Assembly: GCA_013239625.1 (NCBI GenBank)
Contig: MU053810.1
Span: 4,310,071 to 4,374,070 of the forward strand
Direction of reading: 5' to 3'
From: Lama guanicoe
Taxonomy: Eukaryota
DNA: 64,000 nucleotides
Made by a program: the position numbers and the translations under genes. How positions within the stretch are numbered: the first letter of the stretch is position 1; the number at the start of each line of letters is the position of its first letter. Of the stretch, positions 26,044 through 42,009 are shown in pieces. The notes beneath the pieces are model-generated. The model had not been told where the DNA came from and did not search any database. It was given only the letters and a program-made list of their open reading frames with translations.

Positions 26044-26310
26044 GTGAGCTCTTGGGAAGATGCCTCTAATGAGAGACCACGAGGCGAGAAAGGAGCAAGA
26101 CTGGTAGAAAGGCAGGGCCAGCGACCAGACCTAGGAGGCAGGTTAGGACAGAGAGAGAAGAATGTTTGTAGTTGTGATGGTGGGATGTTCAAAGCCATTT
26201 CGTGGAGGGGATCTGCTTACTGTGTCAGAGAGAAGGTTCTATTATTGGCTAATTTGAGGGAGGAAGAAACGGAAGGCGAAGGGAGTGAAAATCTTCTGAA
26301 AGCCACGGTG

Positions 26311-29300
26311 GGGAGCGAGCGCGCGCCTTGGCCGCGGCGGGCGGCGCGGAGCCGGCGCGCGGAGCCCCGGCGGCGGCCCGGCATGGGCGTCTCCCGCGGG
26401 CCCGGCGCTGGCCGGGCGAGGGCCGGATGGAGCCGCGGGACGGCAGCCCCGAGGCCCGGGGCAGCGACTCCGAGTCGGCCTCCGCCTCGTCCAGCGGCTC
26501 CGAGCGCGACACCGGTCCCGAGCCGGACAAGGCTCCGCGGCGTCTCAGCAAGCGGCGCTTCCCAGGGCTGCGGCTCTTCGGGCACAGGAAAGCCATCACC
26601 AAGTCGGGCCTCCAGCACCTGGCACCCCCTCCTCCTGCTCCTGGGGCCCCGTGCAGTGAGCCTGAGCGGCAGATCCGGAGCACTGTGGACTGGAGCGGGT
26701 CAGCGACGTATGGGGAGCATATCTGGTTTGAGACCAACGTGTCAGTGGACTTCTGCTATGTTGGGAGGCAATACTGTGTTGCTAAGATGCTGAAATCAGC
26801 GCCCTGGAGAAAGTGTGCCCCCTGCAAGATTGTGGTGCACACCCCCTGCTTTAGAAGATAAATTTCCACTGTAAGCCATCCTTCTGTGAATCAGGTTCCA
26901 GGAATATCCGTGAGCCAACCTTTGTGCGACACCACTGGGTACACAGGCAACGCCAGGATGGCAAGTGTCGGCACTGTGGGAAGGGCTTCCAGCAGAAGTT
27001 CACCTTGCACAGCAAGGAGATCGTGGCCATCAGCTGCTCTTGGTGCAAGCAAGCATACCACAGCAAGGTGTCCTGCTTCATGCTGCAGCAGATTGAGGAG
27101 CCGTGCTCCCTGGGGGTCCATGCTGCCATGGTCATCCCACCCATCTGGATCCTCTATGCCCGCAGGCCCCAGAATACCCTCAAAGCAAGCAAGAAGAAAT
27201 AGAGGGCATCCTTGAAGAGGAAATCTAGCAAGAAAGGGCCCGAGGAGGGCCGCTGGAGACCCTTCATCATCAGGCCCACCCCGTCCCCCCTTATGAAGCC
27301 CCTGCTGGTGTTTGTGAACCCCAAGAATGGGGGCAACCAGGGCGCCAAGATCATCCAGTCTTTCCTCTGGTATCTCAGTCCCCAGCAAGTCTTTGACCTG
27401 AGCCAGGGAGGACCCAAGGAGGCGCTGGAGATGTACCACCAGGTGCACAACCTGTGGATCCTGGCTTGCGGGGGGACGGCGCAGTTGGCTGGATCCTCTC
27501 CACCCTTGACCAGCTGTGCCTAAAACCGCCCCCACCTGTCACCATCCTGCCTCTGGGCACTGGCAACAACTTGGCCCGCACCCAATTGGGGCAGAGGCTA
27601 CACAGATGAGCCTGTGTCCACGATCCTGTCTCACGTGGAGGAGGGCAACGTGGTACAGCTGGACCACTGGGACCTCCGTGCTGAGCCCAACCCTGAGGCG
27701 GGGCCTGAGGAGCGAGATGAGGGCATCACCAACTGCCTGCCTCTGGATGTCTTCAACAACTACTTCAGCCTGGGCTTTGATGCCCATGTCACCCTGGAGT
27801 TTCACAAGTCTCGAGAGGCCAACCCAGAGAAATTCAACAGCTGCTATCAGAACAAGATGTTCTGTGCTGGGACAGCCTTCTCCAACTTCCTAATGGGCAG
27901 CTCCAAGGACTTGGCCAAGCACATCCGTGTGGTGTGTGATGGGACAGACCTGACCCCCAAAATTCAGGACCTGAAACCCCAGTGCATTGTTTTCCTGAGC
28001 ATCCCCAGGTACTGTGCAGGCACCATGCCCTGGGGCCACCCTGGGGAGCACCACGACTTTGAGCCCCAACGGCACAATGATGGCTACCTCAAGGTCATTG
28101 GCTTTACCATGACATCCCTGGCAGCGCTGCAGGTGGGCAGGCATGGTGAGCGGCTGACACAGTGCCAAGAGGTGCTGCTCACCACATCCAAGGCCATCCC
28201 AGTCCAGGTGGATGGTGAACCCTGCAAGCTTGCAGCCTCATGCATTTGCATCGCCTTACGCAACCAGGCCACCATGGTGCAGAAGGCAAAGTGGTGGAGT
28301 GCCGCCCCCCTGCACAGTGACCAGCAGCTGGTGCCAGAGCAGCTGCAGATCCAGGTGAGCAGGGTCAGCGTGCACGACTACGAGGCTCTGTACTACGACA
28401 AGGAGCAGGTAAAAGAGGCCTCTGTGCCACTGGGCACCGTTGTGGTCCCGGGAGACAGTGACCTGGAGCTGTGCTGCGCCCACATCGAGAGGCTCCAGCA
28501 GGAGCCCGGAGGTGCTGGAGCCAAGTCCCTGACATGCCAGAAACTGTCCCCCAAGAGGTGCTTCCTGGATGCCAGCCACTTCTACAGAATTGACCGGGCC
28601 CAGGAACACCTCAACTATGTGACTGAGATTGCACAGGACAAGATTTATATCCTGGACCCTGAGCTGCTGGGGGCATCTGCCGGCCTGACCTCCCAACCCC
28701 TACTTCCCCTCTCCCCAGCTCGCCCTGCTCGCCCACGCCCCGGTCACTGCCAGGGAATGCTGCGCTGATTGAAAGGTGAAGAGCTGATTGAGGCCACCAG
28801 GCGGAACAATTTCTGTAATCTCCAGGAGCTGCACCTAGCTGAGGGGGGCCCCATGCACCGTGTCGAGTGGGGCCGCACACTCCTGCACCACGCGGTCAGC
28901 ACTGGCAGCAAGGAAGTGGTCTGCTACCTGCTGGACCACGCCCTAGATGCTGTGGAGGAAAATTGGGAGACTTGTCTGCACCAGGCGGCAGCCCTGGGCC
29001 AGCGCACCATCTGCCACTACATTGTGGAGGCCAGGGCCTCGCTCATGAAGACAAACCAGCAAGGCGACACTCCCCGGCAGCGGGCTGAGAAGACTCAGGA
29101 CACCGAACTGGCCGCATATCTGGAGAACCGGCAGCACTGCCAGATGATCCAGAGGGAGGACCAGGAAACGGCTGTGTAGGAGCAGCAGGAGGGATGAGCC
29201 GGCCAGAGGATGAGGCCAGAGGATGAGAGTCCCTCCTCGTGCACCTCACTGCCACATTCCAGTCGGACAGCCACGGGGACGGGCAGAGGGGACCCAGGCC

Positions 29301-29871
29301 CCAGGAAAGGAGCCCTATGCTGCCCCCTGAGAAGCTGCCCAGACCTAGGGCTGGACTCTGAGGAGCTGGGGAGTCTCACCCGTCCCCCTGAGGCCCCAGC
29401 CTAACCCAGAGGCCCACAGGGGAACAGGAAACTGGACTGGGCTGGGCAGGCCTTTGCGGGGCTGGGGCTCGGCCACTTCAGAGCGGCCCTCACCTTCACT
29501 GCAGTGGGTGTCCTGGAGCTTAGGGGCTGCAGCCAGGAGGACAGAGGGGTTTGAGGCCCTATCAGGGAGCCTTCAGGAAGAGGCTTCCTAAGCCTTTTGG
29601 TCCTCCAGGACCCCCACTCTGAGGCTCCTGGGAGCCTGGGCCCCCTCTCCTGCCCTGAGCCCACCCTCCCCAGGGCTTCCTCCTGGAAACACAGAGCCTG
29701 CTGCATTTGCCTGCCCGCTGCCCTGCTTAGCACCTACCACGTGACCCTCCTCCTGTACCCAAGTCATTTCACCTCGACTGTGTGGCCTGGGGGTTGGGAT
29801 GGGGCTCTCACGGAGACACGTTTACAGCTGGGTGGGACTCAGTAGAGTGGATTTTTTTTCAAAATAAACAA
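26311..29871 (+). pseudogene. DGKZ: Full-length processed pseudogene of diacylglycerol kinase zeta (CDS remnant ATG 26427 to TAG 29177-29179)
   Basis: [28 protein letters not shown] start, C1 domains, MARCKS-like basic region, [20 protein letters not shown], ankyrin repeats and C-terminal ETAV*; intronless; frameshift near 26850, TAG at 27200-27202, -1 frameshift in the GGDG motif (27467-27480); perfect 12-bp TSD aaagccacggtg at 26299-26310 and 29872-29883; short A-rich tail from 29861. Confidence 0.97.
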
Positions 29872-32032
29872 AAAGCCACGGTGTATAAGGGGACAGGAAG
29901 AACACAGAGGGCAATGTAGAAGATCTGGGCGCCGTGGGGGGTGGCAGGCACTTTACTGTGTGAAGCTTTCAATATTCCGTTCTGTCACTTAATAACATTC
30001 AGCCTCTGGTTTCGTACACCCAGTCCAGGTTACTGTTGTCACACTGTCTGCTGGCTCCAATCTAATGAAAATATTCATCTCAAGGTAGCTTTACAGATTG
30101 ACAACTGTCCAGTGAGACTGGCTGAACTATTGGCTGTCTGTATTCATAGTAACTAACAGAGGATGCGTCTGTTCAGTTTCACATAAGCTGTGGGTCTGCG
30201 GGAAGTGAAATGAATGCTTGTTCATCCTTTGCCTCCTTCCTTGGCTATGAGCGCTTCCGACCCAACCATGGTCTGATGGTCCCTCCTCTGAACTCTCTGA
30301 CGTCCCAGCCCGATAATGTTACTCACTTCTCTCAGCGACGGCCAGCACCATATGCTTCGGTGGGAGGTAGCTTTATCTCATGGTGTTGCAATCACTTGTT
30401 TATTTGATGCTCTGGAGCTAGATTAAAATAAGTATGTTGCATCTTTCAAATGCTCGATATGAAAACATTTTCTTGTAAAGGTTATTAGAAGTGGTGACCA
30501 GAGGGTTTCTTACCCATGTAGCTTAGACCCATATCCTGACTCCCTGGTAACCCAGAATTCCAGATGTTTGGCTCATTGTTTCTTTTTTCCCTCTCGCTTC
30601 TTATGGACTAGAATACATGCACACCAGCGGGCTCCCTGCGTTTGACTCTCAGCGTGTTAGGCCATACTTGATAGTTCATTTTAGTGTGTTAATGACACCA
30701 TTGTGGTCATTATGCCCAAATTAAGCAGGAAGTAGTGGAGGAAAACTCAGATAAGGACAGCATCACACAGAGACCCTAAGCGGATTCAATGTGCAGAATG
30801 GAAGTCTTGCTAAATTTCGAAAACCACAGCTTCCAAAACCACTCTTATTCACCAAAAAGGAACCACCATGATACCGGTCCATTCAGTTACCAGGACAGCA
30901 GGGCTCCCTGCTCCAGTGGGACGTGGGGATATGCAGATGGTGAAATTCTCGGACTGAGAAATTCTGTGAGTACCTGGCTGCAAGCCTCCATCTGGTCAGA
31001 AGAGGGCAGAGGAAGAAAGAGGGCAGATTCTGGACTGCTATGGCAGGGGACAAGTGTGGGGGCCACGAAGAGAAAGAGAGAAAGGCAGAGAGATTAGGAA
31101 CAGATCGGAGATCTGGAGTCCAGGATTCTGGCTGTGTGAGTGGAAAAGTGACTTGAGTTTGAATGGTAGATTATTATTTCCCAGAGCTTGTCTGTCACAG
31201 TCAGTATGAAGGAAAGGTCCACAAAAAAGAGCCAACAAGACAGTTCCCAGGAGGTAACACAAAACTCTCCCCAACTTTCCAAACAGCTGTCACAGACAAG
31301 AGATGTCTGCTTCCCTCTCCCCAGTATGATCATGGGGGGACGAGGAAAGTGATTCCAGTGCCTCGAGCTAGGAGTAGCCTGGACTCCAGGTTGCCTTTGG
31401 TGATGTTTGATTGCCCACTTTGAGGACCATGCTATGTAGTATGTGTACCTGCCTAGACATATGTGTGTATATGATGAGCTAGACCAGTGTCAGCTTAAAA
31501 TTTTTTAAGTAAGATTCTTTTTTTTTTTGAGAGGCAACACATTTTTTTATCCCACTATTCTCAGAGATTAAAAAAAAGAAAGAAAGAAAGAAAAATCCAA
31601 GAGACGAGGGCAAATTGGCTTATCTCATCCATGTGAAAAGCAAATGGAAAAACAACCAGTCACAAATGGATCTTGTCAGGGTGATGTGGCATAACTGACC
31701 CTTGACCAGTCCTTGCGGGCAGCTGTTTTTAGCCAGGATAACCTCCGCATGAGGCCAAGTGCTGGGTCGTGGCTGAGGCCCCCTGGGAATGTCGCCGTTC
31801 CCACGGATACTTCAGCTGGAAGGCGTCTGTGAGCCCTTGGGCCACGTCAGACCCGCTGCCGTCCACAGGCTGCCACCAAATCCTGCTCAGGACAAAAACA
31901 AAGTCCAGAGTGTTCCCCGCACCGGATGGAACATGAATGATTTTACATCGCGTATGTCGTGGCAGGTTTGTGATCTTTAAGAATTTAAAGAGGAATGTAC
32001 AGTCAGTGAAAATACAGCAGCAAACAAAACAG

Positions 32033-32050
32033 TTGCCCCCAGAGGGCAAG
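32033..32050 (+). promoter_or_regulatory. Candidate CTCF-binding motif within a mildly CpG-enriched non-repeat segment
   Basis: TTGCCCCCAGAGGGCAAG resembles the CTCF core CCASYAGRKGGCR; motif match only. Confidence 0.35.
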
Positions 32051-34344
32051 TTTGCTGAGAGCAGATGTCTTTGCACCAGAGGTGCTGCTATGGGCCAGAG
32101 CTGGGTGTCCCTGACCCATGCATGTCTTCAACAAGCACGTGGGGGTTGAAGGCAGGTTTCTGAGGAGTAAGGCGGCAGGGCAGGGCATGTGGCATCGGTA
32201 ACTGATGCGAAGGGCTCACTGTCGATCTGTTATGTTGAGAGAAATAGAAATGACACCCCGTCCCCATCACTGAGTGCTTGTTGTTTTTTTGGTTTGGGAT
32301 CATCTGGATGAAGGTTTATCTCACTGAATAGTAATCTGAGAGTCTCTAACCAGGAAGGTGCCAAACACCAAATGTTAGCTATGTTTGAAGCTGAAGTCAT
32401 ATCGTTTGAATAACTTAGTCACTTACCTTGGCTGCAACCACCCCCAATAAATCCCTAATAAGCTATGACTATGCAGACTTATGCATTCATTCAACAAATA
32501 CTTATTCTTACTTACTACATGCTCAGGCACTGTCCTAGGCTCTGGGAGCAAATGACAATGTTAGTTAACCCAAGGCTTTGGTCTCCAACTGCATTCTGTG
32601 GGTGCTGGCCAAGGAAAGCTGACATGAATCCAGGAGAGGTCTCTGCAGGAAGACTGGGAAGACCCCCAAATTCTGTCCTGTGCCTCCATTCTCCTCCACT
32701 GCCTAGTTCCCATGTGGCTTCTGCAGAGCAGAGCACTCTCCAGAGCCTACTGGCTTCTAGAAGCAAGGAGTTTTATAGGACCCATCCAGAATGAAAGGGC
32801 TTCCAAGAAAGACCAAACCAAGGGTCAATCCTCCAAGAGATGACTCCTACTGGGGGACCTTACAGAGCCCTTGCCCAGTGGACATGAGGGTCATCAACCC
32901 TGCACTCCACACCCAGCAACACTAGGACTTCCACCAAAGTGGTGACTCTCAGACTTTTTCTGCCCCGGAGCACTTTAGGGAGGACTCAGGTGAAGGGGAG
33001 AGGTCCTAGATGTCATTTTCCGGGATTTCACTCAGGGCCAACCATTGGGACACAGATTCGGAGGTGGCAACTAGACACTTTCTTTTCCAGTCCCTAGTCA
33101 TCCTGTCCTTTCCTGTCCTCTCCTCTGGGAAGGTCTCTGACTGAATGGATTGATTAAAGCAACTGAACTGATCAGATTTTGTTGTGAAGTCACCTTGAGC
33201 TTTCTGGGTGGCCACAGAGCTCCCTGGTCTCTCTGAAGTCTTTCTGGTTGATGCCTAAGGTGAGTCATTGGAGCACTTTGGACATGGCCTTAGAGTGAGC
33301 AAACACCACATTTGCAAGAATCTTTGAGGACACTAAGGCTAATCCCCTCTGTCCCTACTTGTCACTCACAGCCCTCTGCCACATTCTGACAGGTAGTTAT
33401 CAGTGACAGGACTTCTCTACCTCAAGGTGGCCCGGCCCACTGATAGCTCTAATGGACAGAAAGTTCTCCTGCTATGGGAACCTACTTTCATTCTATATTA
33501 AACTTATTTCCATTTTAAAGACAAAGCATCGCTTTCATCTTGATGTAGGACCATTTCAATAACTGACACCTTTGTCTTTGGTGAAGCATGTGGGTTGGGA
33601 TTCTCACACCCAGTGGGAAATGAATGATTTCTCTATGGCATTGGGTCAGAGAGACAGAATGCCCCCTTCCCTGCACCTGGAGCCCAAAACAGACAACTGC
33701 GGACTCCTTGCAGCCCCGTTTTCTGATCCCGTGAGCAGATTCCACCAGGGAGGGCCCTTTGGGTTTTCCTGGCTCCAGATTATTGAACGATTAGTTTGAG
33801 ATTCAAGCACATTGTTGTCTCTTCCTTCTCTTACAGTGGATATAGTGTTGCGTATCTTCTCTTCTACAGACATTTCAGGGACAGTGCAAGGACTCCACTG
33901 AAACTTTGCCAGGGAAATCAGAATCCAGTCACCAGGAGATTCCAACAGCCCCTATTTTAAAACGTGTGATATTTTGAGGTGGATGCTCAGTGCATCTTTG
34001 CAAAGTCTGGTGATTTCCTTCTGGGAGGGTGCTTGAGGAAGAGCAGATTCTCCCAGGTGGCTCTTCGGCTGGAGCTAATTGCCTCTTCCCTTTCAGAACA
34101 CGTGCCGATGTGCCTGGTTCATAGCGCTGCTCCTAACTTACTATTAGCAAAACATTATTATTTGCCAGGTTGTGACTATGTGTATCCTTCACTCGGGTGA
34201 TGAGAGCATCAGGTCCAACAGATATTAAAGGCTAGAAGCCGATTATCTTCATGATGGATAATGTTGCTAAGGATTATGTCAGCGTGGGACAAAGTAAAGG
34301 AGAACTTAGCTGGAACTGAGGGCATTAGCTACAAAAAAAGGAGG

Positions 34345-34655
34345 TGTCTTAGTCGGTCTGGGCTGCTATAAAGAAAATATCATAAACTGGGTGGGTATAA
34401 AGAGCAGATGTCTATTGCTCACAGTTCTGAGAGCCCTCTTCTAGTTGCAGAGTGGTTTTTGGTTGTATCCTTACGTGGCGGAAGGGGCAGGGATGCTTTC
34501 TCAGGCGTCTTTTGTGAGGGAATTGGTCCTATTTATGAGGGCTCTGCTCTCAAGTCTTAATCGCATCCCAAACGCCCTACCTCCTAATGCCTTCACTTTA
34601 GGATTAGGATTCCAGCATACGAATTTTGGGAGGACACAAGCATTTAAACCAGAAG
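34345..34655 (-). mobile_element. MLT1A-like MaLR LTR
   Basis: tgtcttagtcggtctgggctgctata...aaactgggtgg...gctcacagttctg...gaattttgggaggacacaa. Confidence 0.75.
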
Positions 34656-34757
34656 TGGAACCATCATACTTCGAAGGATAGAGTAAAACACATAGTTTTG
34701 ATGCAGATTATATGGTAAACCAAGGAAGAATTTTAAAAATAATTCTGTGCTCAGCAT

Positions 34758-34760
<3 letters not shown>

Positions 34761-34795
<35 letters not shown>
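34761..34795 (+). repeat. Pure A35 tract
   Basis: Directly visible. Confidence 0.95.
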
Positions 34796-37173
<2,378 letters not shown>

Positions 37174-40100
37174 CCTATCCTTACGCACTTTTTCAAGTAA
37201 TTAAAGGAAAGTCAAAATCTTGCAGACTGATCAAAGGAAACCATAATTACTGGAATGCCCAAAGAACAAGAGGAAAGTTCTAATCATGAACAATTAGATG
37301 TGCAAGTGAATTCGGAGGCTTCTGCATAAGAAGAAAATGTAAGAGTGTTGAATACGTGTGTATCGTAAGAGGAAGATGTTAAGGTTATACAAATTTTGTA
37401 ACAAAATGAGACTAGAAAGCTGCAGTAGAATCAGAGTATTTTAGAAGGAAAGCAACCTTCAGGTCATCTTATCTCTCTCCCGTTTTGTAGATGATGGAAT
37501 TTGGACGTGGAGAGCTTAGGGAAATAGTCCAAAATCAGACACAGCAGGACCATAGCCAGCAGGGATGTACCTTTGCCTTTTGACTCCAAACCCCTCCAGG
37601 GATTTTTCTCCTACTCCATTATATTTAAAAGTTTGCAAATAATCTGTAATGAAAGGAGAAATGAAATGCTGTTGATAAAATCCAGCGCACAGGGCCTCAG
37701 TAATGGGCAGTAAGCTCATTTTTCACTATGATTTTATCATCGGTCTGAGAGTGAAGGACATCATCGCCATTTGCAAATGCTATTAAATTAGGGTATGGAG
37801 TTGACTGTTACGAAAAAGAATTTCAATTTAGACATTCCAAAATGTCGATTTACTGGGAGAAAACATTTGTATTAATCTGGAAAGCAGAATCACGTTCTTC
37901 GGAGAGATCTGGAAACTGACATGTTTTTCCCCACTCCCCTGACCTGAAAATATCTCATTTTGGGGGTCCCTCAAGGGTTAAAATTACTTAGAAATGTAGA
38001 AGAAGGAGGGGAAGGGAGGCAGCAGCACAGGCTGCAAAAGCCGAAGGAAAGAAGACAGAAATAATGTATAAAGGATGGTGACACCTGCATTCCTTCTCCT
38101 CCGGCACATGTAGACTGCACCCATGCCACAAACATCCATGAAGCCAGAGCCAGGCCTGGGAGGCACCCAGGAACAAAACTGTGGGAGCCTCTCTCCAGTG
38201 CTGAGACCAGCGGTGAATCAGAGACCTATTCAGAGAAGGCCCATGCCAAGGAGCCCCCTCCTGCCCCCGCCCCCCCCGCCACATTGCCAGGATCAGTATC
38301 CCCTGACTATCCCTGCCTTTTCCAGTTTTCTTAATAACTTTCCAAGTTTTTGAAAGAACGTCTTGGGCGCATTGCCGCTGAACGGTTAGCTTTGATGAGT
38401 CCATAACCATCTTTCAGAATTTTGTCACCTCTGGCTCATCGTTCTGGAGTGAAAAAAAGGTAGATGGAGCCCTGAGTGAGTGTTGACAGCCTGGATTAAT
38501 TTCTGATCCCTGTCTCTTTCCAGCTCTGTGACAAGTTACTGAACATTCCTCAACTTGGGATTTGGGGTTCAAGGAGGCCCCCAATAAAAATAGCACTTCT
38601 CACTGCTGCCTGGAATTTGATCAGTTGAGAACTGAAACAAAGTCGTAAGGCAGATGGGTGTCAAAATGACACCTGTGTTCTGGGCAAAGATGATGCCGGA
38701 GAATTTGGCTTATAGCTGTGGGCTTGTAGACTTTCTCTTATTGAATCTTAGATGTGCATACTCACCCACCCTCCGTCACTGCAGGGCCCACTGGGACCTC
38801 TTCCTGGAGAAGCAGGATAAACAGGGGGGCTTAAAGCCAGGAGTTGTCCATTGGCACCCCTCTGCATTTAAAGGAAGCATCAGAAGTCTAGAGGAATCTA
38901 ATACCTGAGCTTCTCATCTTTAAAATACTCATCTCATGTTAATCTGATGGCTATGATGAGGCATACAGGGAAGACTCTATATCCAAGTGCTGGAAAATTG
39001 TGACCTGCCTATCTCTCTTCCTCCCTCCCCTTTTCCTCCCTCTTTGCCTTCCCTCCATCCCTACCTCCCTCTTCTCTGTTTAGAGGAAGTTATTTTAGAA
39101 ACAAATCTACCCAATTTGTTTCAATTGCCTGAAAATGTTTACTACCAGTGTATCTCTGCTCTAGCAACAGTACCTTTTTCTCTCACCCCTCCTTCCCTAG
39201 CAAGTCACAAAAAAGGGGTGTGTGTGTGTGTGTTTGAATGTTATCTGTAAGTTGTGGGTCTCCTCTTGCAATACTACTGATAATTACTCTATTTAAAGTG
39301 TAACATGGAAGTAATCTGGGAATTAGTGCTACATAAAACTTCCAATAAATTTAAGATAGTATTTTGAGGCATTAAAGTCGCTTTTTATTTTGCTATAAAA
39401 GAAGGATGGTATCATGCAGAGAGATGCTCATGGGGATGTGTGTTAATGAAAGGAAAACCTTAAGGAAGGTAAAATGGTTATGCCTTTGCCTTTCAGGCCA
39501 GTATTTTGGAGATGGGATTTATCAGCCTTCTGTCATTTCCCAGAATAAATGTGCCTGGATGTTTCCTTGCTTTTCGTCCCCTGAATGTCACCTGTTTTGG
39601 GTGTCACGGGTCCTGTGGCACAGATACAGGTATAAACAGGTGTGCCATTCTGGCTTCCAGAGACTGTCAGGTTCTATTTCAGGCTTAGTTCTGAAGCTGT
39701 TGTGCGATAAACCAAATGTCACATTAAACGTAAGATGGGAAACTCACATATGAGAATAAATATCACAATACTCACTAATTAAATGATAAAAAAAAATTCA
39801 CCATAGACTTGGACTATCCAATCACTGAGAACTAGTGCTGCTAAATTTTAGGTCAGATGCAGCAACTAGTCCCCACCAATCAGCCAGTGCGAGTTCCTGA
39901 CATGGACTCTTGCTCTCTGCTTAAATGCAGAATTTAAAACAAGAACCGGTGAAGCTATCTATCTGCCTCTGCAGGCTGAGCTGCCTTTTGCAGAATCATC
40001 AAGCATTTCAGTCCCTCTTTGAGACGCTATGCTTTTGCCTTTCACAAGCAAACCCCATCTGGAAGCTTTTGCTCAACGGCCCAGGGTCCCCTGAGAGCAG

Positions 40101-42009
40101 GTTCGACTTGGTAGGACCGTGGTCCAGACCGACATGGTTTCTAGCTCATCATTTTTGAAGCAGATAACACGTTCTAGTTGAAAATATTGCCTTTGAAACC
40201 AGCTCCCTGAGAATGTAGCTTCCTAGAAATTGCAGTGTTAACATTTTCTTTTTTTAGTATCACGACAGGCCTTTCTCTTTGCTAATGATTGTGTATTTAA
40301 TAGTCTCTGTGTTCATTGATTTATTTCTATAAATGTCATTATTTAATAAGTAGTTATTGTGTGCCAACTGTATGCTGGGCAGTTCTTCTGGGCCCTGGAG
40401 ATAGAGGATTGAATAGGGCGTAAGGAAGTTTCTTGTTCTCCTAGAATTTGGAGTCTTCAGATGTGGAAAAGTCAATGAACCAGGAGTTACATGCACACAT
40501 TTTTATACAGTGCTCACTATCTGTCATGCTCCCAACAATCTTATGAGGAGGATACCATTATTATCTGCATTTTTGCAGATGAGGAAATTGAGGTCCTTGC
40601 AGCTCCAAGGCTCATATAAGTCATAAGAGACTTAACTGATTACAGGTGCTGTGGCTCCAGACTGTATTTCCTTCACCTCCACATGGAACATTAAAATATA
40701 ATGAGGCTAGCTTCAATGGAGACATCACAGTAGGCCTCTCTGAGAAGATGACCTGTAAGCTGAGGTCTGAATAACCAGGAAAAGTCAACTGTGCAAAGAA
40801 CAGCATGTCCGAAGGCTCTAAGGCACAAATGAATTTGGTGCTATAGAGCATTTAAAAGGAGACAAGCATGGCTGGCAAGTCAGAGGGAAAAAGTACACAG
40901 TGAGGCGGTGATCCAGAGGCCAAATTGGGTTAGGTTTTGTCAGCCAAGAAAAGGAGAGAATGTGAACATTGATTATTTTGTAAAATACTGCAGTGCCAAA
41001 AAAGTAAAATAAATTTAAAATCACAAAAACCTGTCATTTACTGTTGATTATTCATACAGTTTTTCTTCTGGGCTAATGACCATGAAGTCTGCAGCAGTTA
41101 GAAAGAAAAGGAAATGGGAGACACATCCAACGCAGGGATTTTTAAATTGGCTCCTGGATTTTTAGAAATACAGAAAAATGTCAGGCATCAGTAACATCTG
41201 CTTCTATGTCATCTTACATAGTTATGATATAAACATTCAAACTGGAAGTGGGTTGGAGTTCCCAGCGAATGGCGGTAGAGCTTCAACAAGATCGCTGTCC
41301 GCATTTGTTCGGTACCGTATGATTATGGATCTCAATTCTCCGGCATGGATTTTCTCACATCTGGATGTTTTCAGAGTTGGTTTGCATCTTACAATCAAGA
41401 CGTACGTGTATATGCTACCAAAATAATTGGCAGGGTCTTTCAGAAGTTGCCATTTCTGCATCTTGCTGGGAAAGGACAATATGAAAATCGAGCTATTTAC
41501 CATTTGAACAGAAGCCAGAGCCAGTGAAATAAATCTTTCCAGTGGACGCATGACTCCTCTGGAAGGAGTTAGACATTTGAGCGAGTTCTGCCTTTTTCTC
41601 TATTATACTCCAGCTCCACCTGATTCACAGATGGTAACTCCATATGAAAATGATGTTCCCAAAGTTGAGGCCTGGATTCTGTGCCTTCAGCAGTCCCTTG
41701 ACCTTGTATGTTAGACAACCATAGACAACCCCTCAGTATTGACCCTGCCTTTCCTCAGATTCATCCCTCACACTGGTCTCCTGAAGGATCCAGTCAGTTA
41801 TATGGAATTTTAGCTCAACTACCTCATTGTCTTTTTCAAAATTAAAAGATACATAAGGTGTCCTAAGTCTGGTGGGGTATCATCGCCATATGGAGTGTAG
41901 TAACAGAATGCTACGTTAAATGCTTCTCTGTAGTTTTCTGCTGTCCCTATTTCTAGACTTGAGCTAACCCACCCTGCCTGTCTCTATCAGGTATCACTGA
42001 AAACAGCAC

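Noticed and set aside
26044..26793. 249-aa ORF and other overlapping Arg/Pro/Ala-rich ORFs at retrocopy 5' ends
   Set aside because: Alternate-frame readings of GC-rich sequence, where stop codons are rare.
27614..28768. 384-aa DGKZ-derived ORF as a functional kinase
   Set aside because: Begins downstream of the frameshifted GGDG ATP-binding motif, starts at a GTG and ends in frameshifted sequence; pseudogene fragment.
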